From Azolla caroliniana (taxonomy: Eukaryota; Plantae; Polypodiophyta), in NCBI GenBank assembly GCA_043228905.1, contig JBHGNT010000001.1:33294001-33358000 (forward strand): a DNA stretch of 64,000 bases, in the 5' to 3' direction. Of this stretch, positions 54,011 to 64,000 are shown piece after piece. Each line of letters starts with the position of its first letter. Position 1 is the stretch's first letter. The notes beneath the pieces were generated by a model that had not been told where the DNA came from, made no database searches, and saw nothing but the letters and a program-made list of their open reading frames with translations. The position numbers and the translations under genes were made by a program.

Positions 54011-54331
54011 AATTTCTTTAATGCTATGAAACCTCATCCATTTAAATAATCTACATCAACTGTAACCAAATACTTCAACCCTGAATTTCAATGGCCCACA
54101 TCCAGATATTATATTAATCCTCTATAATTCACAAGTACTCTACATGCGATTAAGATTCTCTAAAGAAAGAAAGAAAAAACACGTGATGTAAGAATCTAAT
54201 ATTGATTATAAATACCGAGTTGGAAGCAGATTAATTAAGAAGCTCCTCTAATCCGTGGCATGAATATAAATAGAGATTAATATGAATCTGCAAACAATCA
54301 ATAGAAGGATTTTTAGCGGCAGCAATCATTA

Positions 54332-54333
<2 letters not shown>

Positions 54334-54371
<38 letters not shown>
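54334..54371. repeat. (AAT)n microsatellite
   Basis: Directly visible. Confidence 0.95.
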
Positions 54372-54372
<1 letters not shown>

Positions 54373-54707
54373 CAAGCAAAAAGTTGAAGAAACGATCAAA
54401 AAAGAAAAAAAAAATAGGAATTTAAAACAAGACAGCTAGACTTGCAACCCTACCCCTCCTCCTTCCTTTCCGGTTGCTTAATGCGGTTGTGTCATGGAGA
54501 AGGTGAAACGATGAAGAAGGGAACAGGGGAAAAGGAAGAGCTTTGCGTTTCAGTAGGCTATGGATGGATGGATGGATGGATGTGTAAGGAAGGGGAAGGA
54601 AGAGAAGGGCAAGGAAGGAAGGAAGAAAGCAGGCTTTTTTTGGACACTATGTACTCTACTTATAATAATAATACATAGCCCCTCTGTGTTACTACTACTA
54701 CTACATA

Positions 54708-54709
<2 letters not shown>

Positions 54710-54750
<41 letters not shown>
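54710..54750. repeat. (CT)n tract, probably in the SPS 5' region
   Basis: (GA)n on the SPS strand, similar to the tracts in front of ARF and the bHLH. Confidence 0.85.
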
Positions 54751-54754
<4 letters not shown>

Positions 54755-57700
54755 CTGTGGATTATCTGTGTCTGTGTGTGTATCATGCATTACAAAATAT
54801 AGCTCTTCCACTTACGGCCTTCAATATAAGTAGCTTTTTCTGTACGTACGTACATCCAACCGTATTTTATACGTATTTACATCCCATCCCCCCCCGGCAT
54901 CCTTCGTACCTATTCGTATTTACGCGACATACCCCCGCCCCAGGCATCCTTCCTTCGTATGTATTCGTATTTACACGACATACCCCCCCCCCTCTTGTCC
55001 ACACATACATATCTTGTTTCTCTCTACGCTAGCTAGTCTTCATAATACCGTGTCAGTCATCATCGCACCTTTATGTTTGTTTTTGATTTATCGGGGCCTT
55101 TCTCCTTGCTACATGTCCTTGCATCCTTCGATACCATCCCAAACCACTTATCTTTTTCGGTTTCTTCCTGACAGCTGCCGCTACCCCCCCCCCCCCCCCC
55201 CTTACATATGAGTGGACGACATGAAGGGGCTGCGAATGGCCTCACATATATAAAAATACACACATACACATCCACACCCCCCCCCCCCAGACTATCGAAT
55301 AACCAAAGTGATAAGGTCTTTAAATGTTTGCCAAGGAAAGAACGAGAGAAAGAAGTCCCCCATACTATCAAATAACCAAAGTGATAAGGTCTTTAATATG
55401 TTTTCAAAAGGAAAGAAAGACAAGAAAGAAGTTTAACAACACCATGTCCTTCTTTCGAACCCCATCGATTCTTCCAATACCGATCTTGTCCTTATTCCCT
55501 TCCTTTTCGCCAAATGGCGCATGCAAGTAGCCTTGTCAGCAAGCACACCTCCCATAAGATAGTAGCCCCCACAATTTACTTCAATTCGGCAAACTAAAGC
55601 ACGCCCCAAGAATCTCGAAAATATACACAACCCTTTTCACAATTATATTCCAAACAAGCTACTTGTAATGAAATTCGAAATTATTGGGGGGCAAAAAACC
55701 CTCACACCTATTCCAAACAGAGGTGAGTTGTATGTGAGATCTGAAGTTGATTAGGAGATTAAATTTGGATATTCTCGATGTAATTGTCGCCTTCCATGGG
55801 ACTACTAATCGCAATAATCCCAAATCAAGACATACAACATGTCTGGTTTTACCCTTTTATATTCATATATTTGAGTAGTCTACTCAACATTTGTCGCATA
55901 TCAAGCAAAGGACTTAATTGTGGTGTGTACGAGTGATCTCATATGAGCATAAACTCTAAACCACCAAGCTCACAAAGGCATATGTCATTGAAAGTTAAAT
56001 AAAGAAAAGCAAAGGTTTTAAGTTTCCACGATGATGAGTGAAAGCCCTCATTGGATGTGTGGAATCTGTGGATTCAAATCTCACTGGTGTTGCCATTTTT
56101 TGGGCCAGTGTCCGCAAAGGTACTATTACACATATCAATCTTTGTGGCCTTCTTTCATGAAATTGATTCAATCCCACCGAGTAATCAATATGAGCCTTCC
56201 CACCATGCCTTGTGAGCCCGAACCTTTCGATTGAAAATATCTCGGGCATATAAAGTTGGATTGGATTGTTGTTGGTCTTGGAAGAATCTTGGCATATGCT
56301 CATTCCTCAGTTCTTCAAAGTGTTCTCTCATTTCCATAAAAAGGGTTACTAAACATCAAAAAGAGTAAGTCACAAATTTTGTCTCAGCCTACGTGATAAT
56401 GCTTTCATGATTATTGCATTGTCATTTCCATGATTGCAACATTGGAAATGAACATTTTAAGCCTTAGAAAATCCCTTACTGCGCAAAAGAAATTCTAAAT
56501 TCTTTTCCAAGCTGGTTGCAAATGGACATCCATTAATATCCTACCATATTCTAGTGGTCAATGATGGATGGATGCTTTCCCCGTGGTAGAGCTTTCAAGT
56601 TTTTCAACCATGCAGCAATGTGTGGCAAGAACAAGTGGGAGTATATGCCAAACAAATCCCCTCCCCCCTTTAGAAAGTTTTCAAGAATATGAAGTAAAAA
56701 TATACGAAATATGTGTGGTGTATGTCCATCAAGCCAGTAAGGTGTACTTTAGAGAAAGAGACTTCATAATAAACTTTAGTATTTCAAGGAACCAATTAAG
56801 TCCCATAATTTAATGGACAACAGTTGCAACTACTCCAACACGTAGTTAGCTATCCGAGTTTATTTGTGTATAATAAGTATGTGTGTTTATTTATCATAAA
56901 TGTGTAAACAATTTCTCCTTTCTTCTCATTCCCTCTCAAGCTTACAAAATCATCTAACATGGGTATAATACTTGGGTAAACCATTGTATTTATCTCGGAC
57001 CTTATGATATTACATGAATTTAAGGGTTCACATACACCTATAAATTAGGGATAACCCAAATTATTTCCTAGGGGTTTTGCACATTCAAGAGCAAGGCATT
57101 GATAGATTGGGGGGGGGCGAAAAACTCAAAAAGATAAGGACAAAATTCTCTACACCAAACTTCAACAAGCTGATATAAATAATTAATTAGAGCCCACCGA
57201 GCCCACTGAAGATGAGCCAATTTTTATTATATGCATATAACGTTCAAATGCACATTTAATAAGTGAAACAATCTCAATCAGTCCAATAGAAAGTAATCCA
57301 ATTGGCAATGATAATTGCTAACCATAGTACTAATGGCAATGCCTAGCAATGTAGTGAAAGGATTCTAGAGTTCTCAATAGAAACAACCCCTTGTATAACT
57401 AACTCATCACATTATCATCTTTAATCCCTTTTTGTTTAAGAACTGTAATTGTTTGTATGTCATCAAGAGATAATAGCGAGGTTCCACCTGCTAAAATTGT
57501 GTGCACTAAAAGTTCAAAGAAACTGACTCGTTGGTCACATTCCCTCTCAATTATATAACACAACCAACCTCCTTTTCGTGTAGTGCATATCATTTTTTCC
57601 CAGGCTTTATTGTTCTTTGTTGCGCATGTCTACAAATAAAGTCCTCTAATAAGGGTCTCAAATCATAATTCACTTTGATCCGCGAGTATAATTTCATTCG

Positions 57701-59886
57701 TGCATGACATCATTTGTCAATAATTGATCATTTCATACTTTTGGAACCTCGGGGGTTTGTACGTAATCATTGAGTTTATTCTATTATGCATAAAACTCAA
57801 TTTACAAATGCTTTGGAGTTTACTTCCACCTTAACACTAGTTAGGCCATTATGCTAGGACCTAATTTTTTAGATTAGTCTAAGTAATATGATTAGCATAA
57901 CCACCTCATTTTATCAATATGCAAAGGGGCACAATGTAGGTAACTAGCATTGGCGAATAAGGCCTTCCCATTATTTGTAGGAACCCATAATCAACATCAT
58001 TATTGAGATGTAGCGCACTCATTTTACTTATAAAAAATAGAAGGCCAATAAATAAACTATTTAAATATATATGTTGAAGAGGATTGCATATGTAAGTCCA
58101 AGCTATATACTAAACTCTACATTCCCTTCTACTCTTCTCCTTGTAGCTCCATGTTTATAGATTCATGCATCTTCTATTATTGGAAGCTTCTGCATGCAAC
58201 TATTTTTGTATGAGTAAGTCCTCCCCATTTCTTTTCTTCTTATGTAATGAGAACCAAACCAAGTCTTTTAAAGGTTTGTGAAAAGAACTCATCAAGACCC
58301 TTCCAATATAACATTGTTGCACATCTGATTTGGCTTGATATTCCTAAAGATGCAACCACTTTATTATCGTTGAATTGATATTGTACGCTAAAATCCATTG
58401 TTCCTAGTTTGTTTTCCTTTGCACCTCCATTTTCTCAATTCTTCCTCTTCTTGTTGGCTTCTCTCTTAAAATTAAACTTGTCGGTAAAATTCATCCTATA
58501 TATAGAGGGAAAACTTGACCTTATTACCCTAAAGTCGAACCAATTGTCATACTAATGATTGAACTCCATCTTAAAAAATCCATAACTCACTTGTCTACAT
58601 AACAACCACCTATCTCAGTGGTCAGGCTTCTTAACCCATTCAAGCAAACATTGTGTATTAAGTGATGTGGTGTGTGAATGGCACTATGCCCCCGAAATGC
58701 TACGAGGTGAGAATTTTAGAATCATTTTCGGTTTGACTCCCTTGCTCTATTTTTTTCTTGTCTCTCTAGTGATAGTTTTCGCAAAACGGCACATTTTTTC
58801 TTTGGCTCTATTTTCTACTCTATGGTTGTTAGCTTGTCGGTTTACATCATATCAAAGTTAGAAAATTGAGAGCAATGAAGTGTCATCCTCACTTGGATGT
58901 AAATAATGCAATGTTTGATCCTCACCTCGGGCTCTAAACTTTGTTTTTGTTTTTGTTTTATTTACCCAACTGTATGCCATTTTGTTATTAACTTAAGGTC
59001 TTAAATTGAATTCTTGATTTTCGCAAAATCTTCATTATACCATATATGACTTTGCCCTAAACTGCATGACACATCATTGTATTGAATTTCAACTTCAAGA
59101 TGTTCATCAATCATTATAAAATATAATCATTAAAATAATTCCTTTTCTTTAGCTCTAATATTATTAAAAGCTTTTCTTATCGCAAGCTAGGGCAATTAGG
59201 GGTGATAATTGGTAAATGACGAATGTTCTGACAATTGGTTAAATAAGATTGTTCCTTTCTTCTTCCATCAAAAGCCTTTTCCTCGACACTTTATGTCTAG
59301 AGGCAAGTCTCTTGTATTCATTGTAGTTCCTCACAAGAAAGAAACTAGCTGGGTCGGATTGGGCTAAAGGCCGAAATCTGGATTTAGGGGGTGAACCACA
59401 CGGGGTGAATGATCCAAAACAAGGTAGAGTACCTCACAGAACCTTGACAAAGGAAATGTCCTCGCCGATTGCCGTAATCCATCCCTCAGGTGAATGGGAA
59501 GTTGAATTTCTCCATTAGATCTCAATTTGAATCGACTACACCAATGCCCACTGCCCACTACGAAGTACGGAACACTTGACAGACTGTCGGCGATAAGCAT
59601 GCAGGAGATGGCAAAAACTACTTCTTCAATATCAAGCTCTTTTCGCTAAATTAACCCATCCTGTATCCTTCAATCCATAGCTCAATCTTAAACTGAAACA
59701 CTTTGAACAGCATGCAACTGATGGCCAACGGTTTCTCCATTTCTTAAATTCAAGCAGTGTGTGATAGATTGAGGCACAGTATTCTATAGGTCTTTCAGAA
59801 CCCATACATTCACTTCAGTGACCTCAACTTCTTGACCCATTTTTTTTCAGAGAAACACCTTCGCAACAGATACTCACAACACTAAC

Positions 59887-60250
59887 TTCTAAGGGCTAGA
59901 AAGACCTACACTGCATACCTCATAAAGAATGCAACATTCCAACCATTTTACGTTCCAGCTCAGAATTTTCTGTCTCATCTATCAAGACATTTAGAACCCT
60001 CAATGACCTCAGAAAATGATTTGCAACCCAATTGCTGATATCCCTCGTCATAACCTCACAACACATAGCCATGACACTGTCTTCTAAGGGCTAGAGACCT
60101 ACACTGCATACCCCTTAAAGAGAGCATGATTTCCACCATTGTAATTTGTAAGTTCTAGGTCAGATTTTTCTGGCTCATCTATCAGGCATTTTGAACCCTC
60201 AATGACCTCGGAAAAAGATTTGCAATACAATTGCTGATATCCCTTGTCAT
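59887..60250. repeat. ~195-bp diverged tandem duplication
   Basis: CTTCTAAGGGCTAGA..GACCTACACTGCATACC...GAACCCTCAATGACCTC...CAATTGCTGATATCCCT at ~59887 and ~60081. Confidence 0.85.
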
Positions 60251-61942
60251 TCATCCATGTATACCATTATCTGTAGGTACATCATGTCAATCAGGTGCAC
60301 CGAGTCAAACAGCCACTTTTTAAGGATTTTGTTAGCAGCACATAGGATGGGCTGCTTGGGTGGCTACAAAAACATTCACATATAAATAGATGGATACTTT
60401 TGGAGCGACAAGAGGCAAGTGTAGAGACACATAATCCTTAGTTGTTTGAACAATATGAAGTTCAATAAGCACGCCCATCATATCTTGAGACATAGGTTTT
60501 TAAAATCCATGTAACCATGTACTTTGTTCTGACGATGTTCTACATTCAATGCACTTTCCTTTTTCTATTAGTTCTATTATTATAGAACGAAGTCTCCACT
60601 TTTGTTTATCACGTTGCAGATGACTCAATGAACCAAGCCCCACCACAATGGTTTCACCAAAGCTGTAAGAAGCTGCACATCGTTACAATGTTAACATGTC
60701 AACTACTGGAGAAAATCATTTCCCAACCCTAAGCTTTTTTCGTCAGTAATACTCAGCCAAGTAGATGTGGTTTGTTATGTGTTAGGTATGAACTGTACGG
60801 ACATTAAGCCTACCACATGCACAACCTCAGTGCTTAACATAATAGACATTACTTCTTGTCTCCATATAATATATATATACATATATACACACATTAATCT
60901 TTCTTTCACATTTGATTCTTCAACAGCCTAGAATATATCAGCATCTACTAATTTAAGAAGCATTGCAAGGGATGGATGCAGGTGCACCTCAATGTGCTGT
61001 GTTTTTTGTTCACCTTCGCAAAAACATGAATAAACAACTTACCATAGCACACATACATTTCTGGATACTGAAAACAGCATTGTGATACTTTTCAAAAATG
61101 ACAAAATCGACACCAACCAACAACTAAGTGTCAGTGTCAAAAACGCAATAATGATGCAAAGTTATCATCCATGAATAAACAAATGCCACAGAGCAACCAC
61201 TGTTTCACCTCAATAATACATGTGCATTATGACCAGTTAAATAATGCAGCATCAGGAAGCAGCACGTGACATTTCCTGATTTATTCCAACATCTCACTAT
61301 GTGGCCTCATAACATTTCACATGAGAAATCAGAAAAGCCCACTTCGATGGACAGGCCTGACTTAAACTAAATACAATGAGGTACAAATTGTGGTGCATTC
61401 ACAGATGCAAGTTCTGTGAGGATAAAAAACTTCAGAATACAAGAAAGACAATATACAGATGGTAGAAGGTTTAAAATAATATAAACAAATATCAGCAGAA
61501 CAGTCATGGAATAAATACATAACTAATATGAGCTGTTTAGACTATCTCCATGAGGTATGTTTATAATCAGCAACAAATATTCTTGGGCCGAGTGCCTAAA
61601 CACTCTCATATGAAATTTAGGGAGCCCTTATCTCTCAAAAACAAAATCATTGAACTCACACAGATGTCATCAGTATAACACTTCGTTAACAACAATCCAA
61701 GAACGCAATCAAGAGACCAGAGCAGTAATTAATGACACACACAATAACAAGCATAACGTGTTCATATACATAATCTTTTATGCCTCTTGCATCCTGAAGA
61801 TTGCAGATCCATTGAGACGGATGAAAGCAATTGAATCAACATACACCAGCAAGCCCAAGAGATATCTTTAAGAGTCCATCTCTCCTATATCCAGTTACTA
61901 GAGTAATCTTCTTAAATACTGTGATTGCTATAAAGAAAAAGG

Positions 61943-62116
61943 TCACTCGAAAGCCCATTGATTTTCGCGCCGAACCTCCTCCTCTTCCTCAGGAGTGAAA
62001 TCGTTCTTGATGTTAAAAGTTTTCCTTATCTCTTCAGGTGTCTTACCTTTGATCATGTCGGCAACAGTCTGGCAAGTAAGGTCAAGCAAGCTTTTGATGT
62101 TGAGATAGTTGGCCGC
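61943..62116 (-). CDS. SKP1: SKP1 (ASK-like) last exon; rest of gene lies beyond the window
   Basis: After acceptor CATGCAG: [57 protein letters not shown], the canonical SKP1 C-terminus at the conserved intron position. Confidence 0.96.
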   Translation of the reverse strand, partial: AANYLNIKSLLDLTCQTVADMIKGKTPEEIRKTFNIKNDFTPEEEEEVRRENQWAFE

Positions 62117-62742
62117 CTGCATGAACAAGCTAAGGCTTCAGATTACAGCCAATTATGGGCAAATACAATGCTGAAACTTCATTCTGTAAAGCTGGGTAAA
62201 AAATGTCATAATACCATCGAATTTTACTGCATTAATTATAAACAATGTTCTCTCGTACTCCACATGTACAATAGTAATAATAAAACATTACAATGCTAAG
62301 ATATCATAATATATTTCTAATTTCATAATAGACAACCTAGTTTTGTAAAACAACCAGAAACTGTTTGTTTCAGAAATAACTTCCGGGGTTCGTGTTTTGC
62401 CATCATGGTTAGGTTGAGAAACACCTCAAATATATGCCTGCATAAATGTGCATATATACACATATATATACATTTTTTACACACATATATATGCACATAT
62501 TATATATGTACACAAATAGACATGTATGATTTCCACTCACATCTTATCATATAAGAATAACATAAATCATGATGTAAATCCAAAGGATTAACAAAACCCA
62601 CAATTCCAAGTACATGAATGTCAAACATGGAAATGACGTAACAAAAATAGAGTTGTTAAAAAAATCCTTCACATATGTCAGATATCCAGAATATCGATTT
62701 CATGTTGAGAAAGTCCAACATCAAAATCTTGCAATTGGGATA

Positions 62743-63018
62743 GGGAGTTGATTCCCAGAGAGCTGCTGTAAAAACAATTTAAGAGATAGACAGTGAAATG
62801 GACTATATCTAAAGAGCGCTTGAAAACAAATCAAAATCTGGTGATGCTTTTTTGATGAATTTACGTTGAATAAAAAAAAGGGGAATTGATTCCCAGAGAG
62901 CTACTGTAAAAACAATTTAAGAAATAGACAGTGAAATGGACTATATCTAAAGAGCGCTTGAAAACAAATCAAAATCTGGTGATGCTTTTTTGATGAATTT
63001 ATGTTGAATAAAAAAAAT
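62743..63018. repeat. ~139-bp near-perfect tandem duplication in the SKP1 intron
   Basis: TTGATTCCCAGAGAGCT...GATGCTTTTTTGATGAATTTA.GTTGAATAAAAAAAA occurs twice. Confidence 0.92.
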
Positions 63019-63033
63019 GGGAATAAATAACTG

Positions 63034-64000
63034 AGACTTAAAAATATATTTGCTCATTTTTATCAAAGGTTGGCATTCGAATCTGGAAAACACACCCACA
63101 ATAAGGAATTGAATTTTCAGAAAAGAAACCCAAAAACAGATTTCATGATGATGATTAGGTTCATTTTGATGTTTCAAATACATGTCTTTTGGTGACTATG
63201 AAGCAGAAAATATAGATGTTAGATAGCTTCCAATTTGGTGGAAAATGTAGCTATCATAATACAGCCTATATGTACACAATGACCAACCATTGCATGCCCA
63301 ATTCTTACGATGACGTATTGTAGTATTACTACAAAGTATTGCAATACCACTATGGTCTACCTTCATTGGTGCTATAGTAAGACTTAAAAATACATTTGCT
63401 CCTCTTTATCAGAATATTGGACCCATTCAGATTTGCAAGACACTCCCACTATTAGAAAACGATTTTTCAAAAACAAACCCAAAAAATGACTTTCAAACAG
63501 ACTTTAGGAAGATGTTTATGTTTCGGTTCCATTCATTTTAATATTTCGAATACATGTCTTTTTGTGACTGTGAAACAAACATATACATGTCAAATAGTTG
63601 CCGAATTTAGTGCAAAATGCAGTTATTCTAATCAGCCAACCTATACACGATGAGCAACAATGGGATGTCCCACACTAAAGATGAAGTATTGTAGTACTAT
63701 TACAAAGTATTGCAATACCACCATAATCTTCCCTCATATTAGTGCAATACTAAGACCTCAAAATATATCTGCTTCTCTTTATCAGAAGGTTGGACCCACT
63801 ATAAGGAAATGAGTTTTCAGAAAACAAACCTAAAAACCAACTTTCAAACAGATTTCATTAGGATGTTTAGGTTCCTGTTCCATTCATTTTGACATTTCAA
63901 AAATATGTTTTTTTTGTGACTGTGAAGTAATTCATATAGATATGACATAGTTGCCAATTTAATCGAAAATGTAGCTATATCGTAATACAGCCTATCTATA
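63034..64000. repeat. ~350-370-bp diverged tandem repeat (~2.7 copies) in the SKP1 intron
   Basis: Units begin AGAC(T/C)T(A/C)AAAATA at ~63034, 63380 and 63753, sharing TTTATCA, GTGACT.TGAA and GTATTGTAGTA...ACAAAGTATTGCAATACCA blocks. Confidence 0.85.

Noticed and set aside
55640-55725. TTCCAAACA motifs resembling Tourist/Harbinger TIRs
   Set aside because: Both are in the same orientation, with no inverted partner or TAA/TTA TSD found.
55960-56560. Cys/His-rich short ORFs resembling a zinc knuckle or gag remnant
   Set aside because: No clean CX2CX4HX4C motif in any frame; probably TE debris but not assignable.

Overview
AT-rich plant nuclear DNA with GT-AG introns, most likely from a fern or other non-seed vascular plant (inferred from an XIP aquaporin, PLS-type PPR debris and plastid atpA fragments with apparently pre-edited codons). 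I could splice six complete genes by hand into intact frames: a filament-like plant protein (FPP/DUF869, +), ARF1/ARFA GTPase (+), an ABORTED MICROSPORES-like bHLH (-), a strictosidine synthase-like protein (-), a very long XIP aquaporin (+) and sucrose-phosphate synthase (-). The last exon of a SKP1 gene (-) is also present. Intergenic DNA holds a decayed Ty1/copia element with an internal 225-bp triplication, several L1-type LINE remnants (one with a twin-priming 5' inversion, one carrying a solo LTR with a perfect TSD), two hAT-like non-autonomous elements, a tRNA-derived SINE-like head, two decayed plastid atpA copies, PPR fragments and many tandem repeats. The most notable items are the ~670-aa XIP with long tails, an intronic array of copies of the bHLH exon-1 splice donor, the atpA NUPT pair, and the co-location of gene families linked to spore/pollen wall development. 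All family assignments are from remembered motifs; no searches were run.
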